The notes under the pieces: generated by a model
What the model saw: only the letters and a program-made list of their open reading frames with translations
The model's database searches: none
What the model was told of the DNA's origin: nothing
Shown here: positions 12,052-24,400 of the stretch, piece by piece
Layout of the letters: each line of letters opens with the position of its first letter
Position numbering within the stretch: the stretch's first letter is position 1
Source: Tubiluchus corallicola
Taxonomy: Eukaryota; Animalia; Priapulida
Assembly: GCA_030141605.1 (NCBI GenBank)
Contig: JAQGDQ010000957.1
Coordinates: forward strand, 1 to 64,000
Direction: 5' to 3'
DNA length: 64,000 bases
Translations under genes and position numbers: made by a program

Positions 12052-14615
12052 ATATAATTAAATATCACTGCCAGTAGTTAAATATCACACGTATCAAATA
12101 ATTAAACATGCAGTGTGAATAGGTTGCATAAGTATAATGTGAGAACTATTAAGTGTACGACGAAACATGATACATGTAGTACTTCTAATACGAACAAAAT
12201 ATAATTATTGTTAACATTAATATTATGTCGGAGGAGAATTAGACCCCACTGTTAAGTACTGGGTTTCAGAGCTTACAGTGCGTTAAAATCCGCACTTTAA
12301 TCTTTAACTGAAGTTAATATATGGCTGAAACTGTTCATAAAGACCAAAGTCTGAAGAAGCTTCTACGTTGAACCAGCTGTGTTTGATTTCAGGACTGAGA
12401 CATTGTAAGGTGCTGCCATCTAGCACGATTATCACTAATAATTCCTGTATGATTGACACCAAAAGTGTCGTGTTGACAAAAGTTATAACAGTAGAATGCA
12501 CTTTAAACGTTTATTGATGTAGAAGTTTGAACAGAAATATAAGTAAAAAGATGTCTGCATATAACGTCTTGTAACAGCCAACTTATAGTACAGAATATAG
12601 TAAAACCAGACCAACTCGTTCACTATTAGGCTAGGCCCATTTTTAGAATAGTTAACAGGTAGACAGAAGCCATATCTACTACAGTAATAGCGGTTTTGCA
12701 GGTTATTAATCTAATTGCAAATTAAATGGTTTTTTATGATTGCCAAAGATGACTTCAAAATAGGAAAATAAAATCCAAAATACTCCAAATTGAATGGCGC
12801 TATTTCAGATTACATGTTAAATGTTGCAAGAAACTGCTAAAATTTGATGTCAGATAATCACATTTAAACTTAATGGGTGGAGATTCAGTCTACATCCCTT
12901 ACTTGGTACAACTAGGTTTAAAAAGGTTGATGCATACTCTTATATTGAGATTTATAGTTTACTGCGTTTAAAATTCTAGAAATCGGACAAAATTTTTCTT
13001 TCGATGGCTGCGTATGGATGTCTGGTCCTAACACAGCTGTTTTTATGGTAGATTTTAACGTTATTAATATACGCCACAGCTTTTTTCCAACTATGACATG
13101 TTCACAGATAATTTCTATTTAGGCTTATAGCTATTAGTGGCTAGCACTTCATATGTAACAGTCTCAGTTTATATCGGCAACACGATTTAACCCCTAAACA
13201 AAGTTTTATTGACTTTCATGATCATGAGACTAAATTATAAATCATCGTGTCTCGATTTAATGGGTTCATCTAATAAATTGCAATTGGGAACGAAACTTAT
13301 TACATGATAAATATACTTCTTACAGGCATCAAAATTCGGATAAGTAAGCTATCAAATTAAATTATTTAGAGTAATATTCCCCACATGCTATAAACGCTAT
13401 AAATGTTTTCTCCATTAAGATATCAGTCATGAAATCTTTTGATAAAACAATTAACTTAAATTATTACACCGAGTTGATTTTTAAAACTGTAGATAAATTA
13501 AAGCTGCGGTTGTCCTAAATACTTTTCCATTTATGTCTATGATAAATTTAAAAAAATGTTATCGAGAAATCGTAATTCAGATGTTGTTGTCAAGATTTAG
13601 TTTACTTGGTAGATTTACCTACGGTACATTTTATTGTTTATTGGCATTTGGCAGTTGATCTATTTGCGAATGTTTAGTCTTTACATAGTTTGCGTTTTCA
13701 CAGCCCATAAAACAGAAGATAAAGTGTTAATAATATTGATATCCGAATTCTTCTGCTGGCTTTTAAAAACAGTATTCACAGCTGTAACTAGCTGTATATC
13801 CAGTAGCTGAATTTGCACAATTGCATTACATAATTATAATACAAGACCGCAAAGAATATATTTTTTCCTTTTTAACTCATCATTACTCCTAATCCCAAAA
13901 TTTCAGATTAAAAGATTGCTGGACTGTAGACGTCTACACAAAAGCTAGATGTGACGTTGGGGTAGCTTCGTGATGTACTGCAATAGTCCAACAGTAAACT
14001 GAAAATTAGAAATTTTTAAGAAAATTTGCCATTTTCGTGCTTAACTATAGTATCAATAGTAACATCATCGTTGGCTAAATTTTCAGCTCTATATTGGGCT
14101 TCTGAACATCCAAAGTAATATTAATTTATAAAAATACTATTGGCCTTGATTGGTAATTGTTTTGGTTATTGACAATAGGTCAAAATGAATTTGAAAAGTC
14201 ATCTTATATTTCTTTAAAGAGCTGAATTTATAGTTTATTAAATGTAATTTAAACGAACGACTTTTTGGCCATGCACGCTATTACTTTCGTCTCCTTTTCA
14301 TACCTGCCACGAATGCTCATTTTGTTTTAATTAATTTGAATTTTTTTGGTCAAAAGTGTGCTTTGGGTTGCGAACTTGTAGTCAACTGGAACTGCACGTG
14401 GATAGAGTAGGAAATTGTTGCTGCCGCTATTAGTCATACAACATTCGCGGTTGTAAGATAGCGCTGCATTATCGCAGGCACGGTTTCCGGTAATTCACAA
14501 AAGATTCGTGTTGACTGACCAGAGTCCGCGAATTTTTTGCTGTTTTTAATTGTTATATTTTAGGCAACTTTTGGTGAATTATATTGCTGTCGCTGAAACA
14601 ATCGCAGCGGTGAAG

Positions 14616-15728
14616 ATGACAACCAGTTACAGTTTTGGAGTAGATCCAATTACTTGCCATGCCTGGAATAAAGATTGTTCTGAACTGGCAATATCCCCTA
14701 ACAGTCATGAGGTGCAAGTATTTCGATTTGCTAGAGGGAAATGGGATCTGTATGATGTTCTCACAGAACACGAACAACGAGTTACGAGCATCGATTGGGC
14801 TCCAAAGAGCAACAGGATTGTCACCTGTGGAGCTGACCGAAATGCCTATGTTTGGACACTGAACGGAGGCAAATGGAAACCAACGCTTGTCATTTTGCGC
14901 ATTAACCGTGCAGCAACTTGCGTTATGTGGTCCCCGTTGGAGAATAAGTTTGCAGTAGGTAGCGGTGCTCGTCTTATTTCAGTCTGTTACTTTGAGCAAG
15001 AAAATGATTGGTGGGTTAGCAAGCACATTAAGAAGCCAATTCGTTCAACTGTTACTAGTATTGACTGGCATCCAAACAATGTGCTGATAGCTGCTGGTTC
15101 CAGTGACTTCAAGGCTAGAGTATTTTCGGGATACATTAAAGAAGTTGACGAAAAGCCAGCCTCAACTCCTTGGGGAAAGAAAATGACTCTCGGCAATCTG
15201 ATGGCAGAGTTTTCCAATGGAGGTGGTGGATGGGTCCATTGTGTGTCATTCTCGGCCAGTGGAAACAAGTTAGCTTGGGTTGGGCATGACAGCAGCATCA
15301 GTGTAGTTGATGCCGAGAGAGAGATGGCTGTGGCGACACTTAAAACAGAATTTCTACCATTCCTTTCCTGTTTATGGATCACAGAAAACAGTTTGGTCGT
15401 TGCTGGCCACGACTGCCTTCCGATTATGTTCTGTCACGATTCGAATAGGAACTTGAGTTTCCAGGAAAAACTGGATATGAAGACGCAAAAAGAGGAAGGA
15501 AAGTTCAGCGCAAAAGCCATTTTTCAAAGTATGGATAAGAGAGCACAAGCTCAGAGCACTGGGTCTGATCAAGATACACTTCACCAAAATGCAGTTACGC
15601 AGCTTGTGATTTATAACGGAAATAAGCAGAAAGCAAACAAGATATCCAGTGTTGGAATCGACGGTCAGCTCATCATTTGGGATTTTAAAACACTTGAATC
15701 ACAAATTGCTAATTTGAAAATCGTTTAA
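14616..15728 (+). CDS. ARPC1: Actin-related protein 2/3 complex subunit 1 (p41-Arc, WD40), 370 aa, intronless CDS
   Basis: Recognisable motifs [68 protein letters not shown] and GGGGWVH. The first ATG is at 14616; the ORF-track start at 14550 is a TTG upstream of a splice acceptor ending at 14563. Confidence 0.96.
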   Translation: MTTSYSFGVDPITCHAWNKDCSELAISPNSHEVQVFRFARGKWDLYDVLTEHEQRVTSIDWAPKSNRIVTCGADRNAYVWTLNGGKWKPTLVILRINRAATCVMWSPLENKFAVGSGARLISVCYFEQENDWWVSKHIKKPIRSTVTSIDWHPNNVLIAAGSSDFKARVFSGYIKEVDEKPASTPWGKKMTLGNLMAEFSNGGGGWVHCVSFSASGNKLAWVGHDSSISVVDAEREMAVATLKTEFLPFLSCLWITENSLVVAGHDCLPIMFCHDSNRNLSFQEKLDMKTQKEEGKFSAKAIFQSMDKRAQAQSTGSDQDTLHQNAVTQLVIYNGNKQKANKISSVGIDGQLIIWDFKTLESQIANLKIV

Positions 15729-15981
15729 GCTTGATACATTAATGGCTGCATAACACACACAAAATTGAAGTGTCAGCAGTAGCCTTGTGTAGTTTTGCTA
15801 AGTGCACCTTAATTTGATATTTGCAGCTTGCGTATATGCTGTATAATTGTTTTACATTAACTTGTGGTTATGGTTAAAACCGGTGGGAATTAATAATTAT
15901 CAACATTTTGTTTCTAGTTAATTATAAGTTGAAGCAATTCACCATTAAATTGATTTTTGAATTATGTTATTATGAATGTTA

Positions 15982-15987
15982 AATAAA
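15982..15987 (+). terminator. Candidate polyadenylation signal of ARPC1
   Basis: AATAAA about 250 nt after the stop codon, followed by GT-rich sequence. Confidence 0.5.
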
Positions 15988-17492
15988 GTGATTTTATAGT
16001 GAAAACTTTTAGTGCTGTAAGATTGAAAATGGTTTTAGCTAACTTATTTCACAATAGTTCCCCGACCACAGCTTGGACCGGTTTTAAGCCAGTTAGACTG
16101 ATTTCTTCAAATTGGGCCCTGTGTGCATAGTGAAGCAGACGTTATGAAGAATTGGTGAGCATCTAGTGTACACGAAGTTGCTTGATACTGTGAAGGCAGT
16201 GAAACTATTCAATCTGTCCATTATATCTAAGTTTCAATGTTTTCTTGCTGATCGTTTGTTCATTTGTTTTGCAATTTCAGCCGTTACCTTTATCATCGCC
16301 GTTTACCTTTTAAAAAAAGGCAGTTGGTGAGTCCTATAGGCATGCAGTTCATAAAAATGACATTACAAAAACCACTGACTTTGATTTTGAAAGATTGTTT
16401 GAAAAAAGCTAAAAAAACTCTGTTTTTAGAAGGCCTATGCCTAAACAGTATGCCGGTAATTATTTTGACTTGTAATGAAACATTAAAATTTTCATATAGG
16501 CTTGCAATTTTATATCGTGGCTAATGGTGAAGTCTCAAGCCCTCAACATTTTTTGGTTGAGACTAGAATACTACACGAAGCATAAAACATCTATCTTCAG
16601 CTTTGTAGAGTAGAGGGCCCCACTAACAACTTTCTAGTTGGACGCCACACTTCCTATCACTGGTTCTGGTCACGGTAACCATAAGCTAATAACTACTACC
16701 AGTTTTTATTTATTAAGTCTGATTCAGCGGTGTTGAGCAGTATGAGTAGCTCACTGCACTTTTATGGCACACTGGTCTGTAATATTTGGATAGTTTGTCG
16801 AAATTCAGCTGGGAGCTGAAACTGATGACTATTCAAGTGTGAAAGAACAAGTGAGAGGTTCATTGTCACATGCTGCCACCTATTAGTAGTTTTGGATTGG
16901 AGCCTGATTTTAGATCTGACTGTATTAAAGAGTCTTTTGTGAAATAGGAGTTTTTATCTATAAATTGCAGTTAAAAACATTTTTAAGAATATCATAATTT
17001 ATTAAGATTAAAGTTGTATAAAACATATGGGTAAATGCTTTTAAAAACAATACTGCAATAAGATATAAAAAATGATTATATAAAATTGATATACAATACA
17101 TAATTAGTGTAATGAAAAGATAAAAGAGGTATTGATTCAAACTGTACTGAGCAAAGTTTCCTGTCTAATGCAAATACATATATCTGCAATAAAATTTATG
17201 ATAAAAATGCTCAGATGCAATTCATTTGCTCAATTTTTCTGAAACTGCATAATTATCAAGTTCTATATTAAAATAACATGTACAATTTACAAAATACACA
17301 TAGTATAGGTAAAATAAGATAAGTAATAAAGTGCTTTAAGTATGTCACTAATTTACATGCAATACCCGTAACACTGGTTATAAAAAATTGTAATAGTATA
17401 TCGAATTGAATGCTCTAGTACATGGCACATTGGAGTTTGCTATCAAAGCATTTGCTGCAGTGAGATAAAACAGGACTTCATACCGTAGTAAA

Positions 17493-17610
17493 TAAACTCT
17501 AAATTTTAAGTTGCTTCAGCGTACCAGTCTACGATAATATAAGCACACCTGTAAACTCTAAATTTTAAGTTGCTTCAGCGTACCAGTCTACGATAATATA
17601 AGCACACCTG
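17493..17610. repeat. Perfect 59-bp tandem duplication
   Basis: TAAACTCTAAATTTTAAG...GCACACCTG at 17493-17551 and 17552-17610. Confidence 0.95.
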
Positions 17611-17819
17611 TAACATTTCAAAAGCGTACTATTTTTACGTTTAATAATTTAGAATATTAACAATTTCTATCTACCTTTACTACTTATTTTCGAACTGCAT
17701 ATGTTATAATTAGATTGAAATATCAAAATAACACAGCGGCTCGGTCTTTACGCATATAAATTTAAAAACAGTGTTAAGAAAGCTACATTTAATATTAAAA
17801 AATGAAAAGCAAGCAATGA

Positions 17820-17930
17820 TTTTGTTTGGAAATGCTAGGAGATTTTATGCAGTTAAGTTTGATCAGCCAAGTGAATAAAATGCATCGAAAAATCTAAAGA
17901 AGAACATTTGATTACCAAAATTCTCGAAAT
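17820..17930 (+). repeat. Interspersed repeat fragment with an inverted copy at about 25255-25360
   Basis: TTTGTTTGGAAATGCTAGGA...TATGCAGTTAAGTTTGATCAGCCAAGT matches the reverse complement at 25300-25360. Confidence 0.75.
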
Positions 17931-18285
17931 CGGCTCATACAAAATACTGTCGCAAAAAATTAAAAACAAATATGGATTTTCTACTGATGCATGAGTCACA
18001 TGTGCTTTAAAATTAAGACCAAAGCCTCTAAAGCAAGAAAAAAGATTGTTAAGTAGCTGACTAATTTGTAAAAGTCACTGCTTTGCAAAAAGAAAAAAAG
18101 GTGTGCCATAGAATTAATTTAAAAATAATGGAAAAAACTGTTTAACGAAAATCCTTCAATGTAATTACACAGTCCTTTCGTATTACACTTCATTGTCAAG
18201 AATGAAGATTTCATAGTATGAGCCTAATCTATCCATCACGACATGTTATGTAACACGTGATTGGTGATATCACAAATTCTTTTAA

Positions 18286-18462
18286 CTACAAATGCGTGTC
18301 CAGTGCACTTTCACCACATAAGAAATCTTCCAATGGCACAATCCATGCATCGTTGTCAAAATCAACTATGCATGTAGGCTCTGCCAAAAATTCTTCTCGC
18401 CGAAGTTGAAAATCTGACAACGGGCTTTCCCAGTAATATGGCTTGTATGCAAGTTTCACGTT
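18286..18462 (-). CDS. Last coding exon of the sialomucin (cytoplasmic tail with PDZ-binding DTHL)
   Basis: Acceptor AATTTCAG, phase 0. Reads NVKLAYKPYYWESPLSDFQLRREEFLAEPTCIVDFDNDAWIVPLEDFLCGESALDTHL-stop. Confidence 0.8.
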   Translation of the reverse strand, partial: NVKLAYKPYYWESPLSDFQLRREEFLAEPTCIVDFDNDAWIVPLEDFLCGESALDTHL

Positions 18463-21400
18463 CTGAAATTGTATGCATGACGTGTATTATATACCGTAGT
18501 TTTTAGTATCGATTATCACTTATTATTGTCTTATTATTGCACTATACACTTAAAGCAAAACCGGACCCAATCATAAACTGTAGGTGAAAACAATCTACTC
18601 TTTAAAATATTGAAAGGAAACAAACTATTTTTTTTCAAAGATGACTTACATGAAACAATTATTACCACACAAACACAATTTTGTGTTAGCGCCACTAGTT
18701 CTTCGCTGTTACATATATTTCACCATTCACTAGTTAGATGGGCACTAGCGCCTGCATTTCGGAAAGGCAATGCATAAAAACAGGTGCTGTACCTTTCAGT
18801 TCAGATGTCTTAGTTTCTGACGAACTACACACGTTTGACAGCTCATGCGTGAGCACAGCGGTAAATTTGAAATTTTACCTTAAAACTTGCCTAGTTTTAG
18901 TAGAACACACTGAATATCTTACAGTAACACTGTACTTCAATTTTCACTTTCGCAAACATGTGCAACATGCTCGTGGAATATTTTTGTTGTTGAAAATCAT
19001 GTTAGTTTGTGATGTCATCAACAGTTGAGCTCGCCCACCGTAAATTAAGTTTTTGATCTATTATTTAATTATCAGAAACACTTTTAGAGTATTAATCGTG
19101 TTAAATGTATACTTTTTATTGAACTTGAAATTGGGGTAGTAGATGCAAAATCATCCTGTCTTCCTTTAAGTAAAGATTTAGCAAAGGAAGTGACTTTCTG
19201 CAAAGAAGAATAAAAAGAAAAACTTGTACACTGTAGCAAACCAAACCAAATTCAATTCAATTTTAATTTATTTATCTCTTTATAATACTACAATAAAACA
19301 TTATTAATAAAAGAATCACTAATAAGTTTTGAAGAATGAATAGATAGACCTAGAACAAGAGAAAGGACAGCGAAAAGACTCTCCTAGTCTGCTATCCTTT
19401 GCCGAATATAGATAAAAATATTGTTAGACACTGGTGGGGCATTAATGTTGTCAGTTTAATTTTGAAAACATTATTAATTTTTAAAGTTATGACATTTGCT
19501 ATATAATTAAGTAATCCTGAATAAAGAAAATACATGTATTGTAAATTAAGGGGCAACATTATAGTGTCAATCTTGCATAAACTAAAAATAGCATTTTGAT
19601 TTTGAGTGAAAGACAGGCCAAATTTGTTATGTAATAATAAATAAAACACTTTGGGTTAATACAGTTAATCAACAACAAGAATTAAATATATTTTGAATTG
19701 GGCTCAACTTCATCATTTCTAAGCTTATTGAGTAAAAATATATCTGTACTTGAGTTATCCAAAATAAAGAAAATACATGTATGTACCAAAGCATTATAAA
19801 CTTGTAAGCAGTTGTAAAAGCAACTATACAAAATGATAAAAGACTAATTTTACATTTTCACTTTGTGAAACAAGTTTTAATAACACTTCCGACACTTGCT
19901 GCTGCTTTACAAAAACTTTTTGTTGTTTTATGAGAAAACAATTTAGGCCAATTTTCATTACAGGCACATAAAAACATTTATAGTTAAAAACAACACAACT
20001 TTATTAAAAACTTTTACATTAAAAAGTTAAAATCATGCCAAGTATCTGTAAGTCAAGTACAGATATATTTTGCACGTGTTAGACATAATGTTTCGACTAG
20101 CTGCTGCTGCCATCATCAGTGGTAAATTTACAAACATACAACCAGTTTATACAGGCAGAACTACGACCATATCATGTTGAAAACAATGGTTCTCGTCTGA
20201 TCACCGAAGTTAAGCAACATAGAGCCTGGTTAGTACTTGGATGGGTGACCGCCTAGGACTACCAGGTGCTGTAGGCTTGCGGGATGCCCACACAGTATCT
20301 CAACACTAGGCGGAGATTGCACAAGCAGCCAAAGGTTAGAGGGTGGAGGAGGTCAAGTGACCCAATGGCCATGTGTAGAGGAGTAAACCTTCCAAATTAG
20401 GAGTGGAGCCCCGAAGGCGAACCAGTGTAGCATGCTTACTGACTCTGGCAGCTCCTGCAGCCAACCTGGTGCCAAACGTATCGCTCCGCTTTCCTTTGAA
20501 CTACACCAGCGAGGAGGAGAGGGGGTTCCTGTTGTCTGGGCAACTCAGGATCTCCATACACCTTGCCCAGACATGCGCCCTGGAAACATTCAAGGATCGC
20601 ACTGCTCAGCCACAGTCAGCGCTGCAGCTCCATCAATGTGACTCTCTTGGCGCACACTCCATTGTCTTCCGAAGACAGAAGGATGCCAACAATACAGGCA
20701 GAGCCTATTATGTACTAATTAAGTAGTTTAACAGAAGCCAAACAGGTAACGAAAAAACAGACCGGTAAAGAAATTGATGCAGTAACTTGAACACTAATTG
20801 TGTATTTACAAAAGTCAAATAGGTAATGATTAAGCAGACGTGAAGAAAAGAAATTGATGCAGCAACAAATAACTATAAACAATAACTACATCAACTATTC
20901 AAAAACTGTAAACAATTTTTAACTATAAACAATCTAGTGCAAGTTCTAATATCTAGGAAACATATACTATACATACCTTATTCTTGGCAAAGTAGATGCA
21001 CTTTCTGTCCCAGCTGCCACTGTGGCGCCTATAACGGACCCACATCAGGCACACAATCATCAGCACCAGTATCACAGTTACACTAATCAACAAGGTTATG
21101 ATCAACAAACTGTGCTGCTCAAATATGCTTCGACTACCTCCGGGATTTCTATACTCTGCCAGGAAACTCGGGATTCCGGGATAGATTCCCGTGACGTTGA
21201 GACCAACCTAGAAAATTTTGTAGACAACTTTACATCAGAGAACACATGTCAGATATGGGACTAAAGAACAGCGGCGGCTCGTGCATAGGTACTGTGGAAC
21301 TGCAGCACTCCCTATTTTCACTCAATATGATTGATAAAATTCAATATAATAAGTGTTTTTTCTTTAGTTCTTTCTTTACACTTGTACAGGAACCAGAGCA

Positions 21401-24400
21401 CGTAGGTAGTACTGTTTGCTTCACAGCCTAGCACAGTGCGCTTCAGCAACGCAGTGTTTGGCTCGTGTAAGGCATGTGGCATTTGGAAGGTAGAAAAGTG
21501 CTCAGGTAGAAAAAGTACTCTCACTCACACAGTTTGTTGTCAGTTGTCACTGTGAATGGATCAAACTTGAACTGTGACAATTTAGGCAATTAGCAAGCAA
21601 AAATACTTTTTATTTAGGATGTTATCGAGTTTATGTATGAACTTTCATATTTTTGTGTGACACAAGCCCACACACTGTCAAACTTTAATACCAAACTTCT
21701 CAGATATGTATAATATGAAAATGAGAAAAAGTTGGAACACAGCCTGGATTTGAATCAGGGACATTCTGCTTACGAGGTAGTTACCACTAGGTCACCAAAT
21801 ATTTTTCAATGATCAAAGCAATCCAAAGTATAGCCATTATAACTGGCCAATCAAATTGATCCCCAACTTCTTCACATTTGCTGTCTTTTAAATTTTGATG
21901 TCAAAATTTAATTAGTTGTGGGTTCATATCATCATTAATAATAATCTTTACATTAAGGTTATAATAATTAATTAGCGTGTTTCCTATTTGGAATCTTGAC
22001 TAAGCAAACTAATGTTTTGAATGCAAATACTCTGTGATTGATAAGCTACTGTTTACATTTTCTACATACCAAATTATAGAACTTCTCCTTATTTTTCTGA
22101 ATTGCATGCAGAAGCAGGTCTTGAGAAATAAGTATTCTTTCTATAAACAAAATAACAGAATTGTACACATCAGTATCACATTTCAGTATCAGTTGGTTAC
22201 GTATACATGTGACACAGGTGTGTGTTATGTCAGTTTTGGCTTTTTATGACATTTTTTACAAAGAGCTCGTGTATCATGATGAAGACTTTACCAAATGGAA
22301 CGATAAAGATATTGCAGTAAAGGGGTGAGAAGAATAGCTTATTGGTCATCGTGTATGCTTGGCTGTGAAGTTAAACAATGTTAAAACTGGAAAACTGCTT
22401 CCAGGCGGTTTCATCAGCCTTAAGCTAGGATTTTACAGGATTTGAGACAATGACAATCATGAGAAAATCTCTAAGTACAAAAGTCGCTAAATATGCTCCA
22501 AAAAATTTCACAAATAGTCACAAAACATGCGTATACTATACAATTTTTTGTACACTAAACTCTACTTTTGTCTTTCTTTGTTATGACAACAAGGAGCTAC
22601 GTAGGTCAGTTCATTTAAAAAGTCAGTGGGTGGAATTCCATGTGCATCTAAATGATGCAAAAACCGATCACTACAGCAAACAAGTTATGGATTTTCCAAT
22701 AAACAAAAAGGCACAAATATGGTGGCATTCTGATGCTCATTTTTGGAATAAATCTCAAGTAGCCATTAAAAGGCTACTAAGCAAGGATCACAAAACACAC
22801 ACCACAAAAACAAACACAACACACCTCATAAAGACCTCACGTTTAAAACAGTTATAAATGTTTAAAACTTGCTGAAAAACTGCGAGTCAAAACACATGTG
22901 GCACATAAATTTATCAGCTGCTACCTGGTAATAATATTTAACAGGGTTCCAGCAGAATTTTAAAATAAATTTCCCTGACTTTTCCCCGACTAAATATTGA
23001 TTTTTCATGCCAAGACAAGCAGAAATTGCATTACCAGTATACATATTCAAAAACTGTTGTGTACGGACATTCATACATATACTGATATATAATGTGTCTG
23101 CCGATCATTATTTTTGGAACAGAAATTGAAACTGGGAGTTTGCCACAGCAAAATTTTATTACAACACGAATTGCTGAAAAATATGTTTGTAAGAATATCG
23201 GTTCACGGGGATTATTTTTGCAACGCTCCAATTTCCCTGACTTTTCGCCCTATTTTCATCATTTTCCCTGACTTTCCAGGATAGCAAGTATTTTCAAGGA
23301 TTTTTCCTAACCGTGGGAACCCTGATTTAGGCACATTATTCGTAATCAGTCACTCAGCATTACAACCCAAAATCACCTTCATTTGTTGAATTCACTGCAA
23401 AAAAGCTGAAGTACAGAAGATTGGCAAATAAAACTGGCGTCTCGTCCAAGAATACAACGTCAAGAAAATCCGAAGAAAGCGGCAAAGCAAGGAAGGCCGA
23501 TTCATCCCGATTGTTAATACGTTTACCCAGTAATTCATCTGTACTACCTAAATTAACAAATAAGTAGCATTAATTACCCAAGTTACTCAGTTGTGCCAAG
23601 TCTTTCATTAAACATTTAATTTTAATTTAATGATTTAATTTCATTTTATTTTATTCGCATCTTTTAGATGAACTGCAATTTAGATGAAATAGAAGATGAA
23701 ACACATTTGTTACTACGATGCACAAAACACAACCACCTATGGTCTGCCTTTCTCAGTAGAATTAATAACTTGTGTCCAGACTTATATAATATGTCCATAA
23801 CTTGCCCAGACTTATATAATATGTCCATAACTTGCTCAGACTTCTATAATATGTCAAACAAAAACAAATTTATATTTCTTTTAAGATCTAATGATACCAA
23901 AATTGTAGCTTTTGTTTGTAAATTTGCATTCGACTGCTTTAACAATAGAAATATAAATTAAAGTACGCATAATTTGTATCTTTTTACACAAAATAATATA
24001 TTTATAATTATTTACTGCCTTAAGAAATGCCTGTTATCTATCAACAGTAAACGCTTATAGTCAGGCTTAAATTAAATTATTATGTCATCAGAATCTATTT
24101 TAAATTTAGTGATATGATGTAGTCATTTATTTTAATACATTAATTTGTATTTTTTGTCATGGCCACCTATACATCTCACTAGACGTTGTTACGTTTTTCT
24201 TGTATGCCATTAATTCTCTACATCTCTAGATCTCTTTTGACAGGAAGGGGTTAAAATTTTCCACCTTATTTACTCATAAAATAAGTAAAATTCCTCTATT
24301 TTTGCATCGGCAAATTATCTAAAATTTATTAAAATAGTTACAACATGGATTACAACTACATAGAGGCAGATGTGATAACACAAAGTAAAATGCTAGTCAT

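Larger units (their letters stand above)
19972..20875 (-). mobile_element. Penelope-like terminal-repeat remnant with a hammerhead core, interrupted by the 5S SINE
   Basis: Colinear with the uninterrupted copy at 46911-47215. The minus strand has CTGATGA-stem-GAAAC followed by an AT-rich AATAAA tail. Confidence 0.6.

Noticed and set aside
14550-14615. 22-aa N-terminal extension of ARPC1 in the ORF track
   Set aside because: It starts at a TTG inside a polypyrimidine tract before a splice acceptor; homology begins at the ATG at 14616.
19002-19057. Alternative last exon reading NQKLNLRWASSTVDDITN-stop
   Set aside because: It lies largely in the end of a dispersed repeat, needs a very short intron, and the DTHL exon is a much better terminus.
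20160-20278. A functional 5S rRNA gene
   Set aside because: It is a single copy with no T-run terminator and several substitutions, fused to a body and bounded by a TSD.
20440-20490. HDV-like ribozyme in the SINE body (GGCAGCTCCTGCAGCC...)
   Set aside because: I could not assign consistent P1/P3/P1.1 pairings by eye; an RNAMotif search would be needed.
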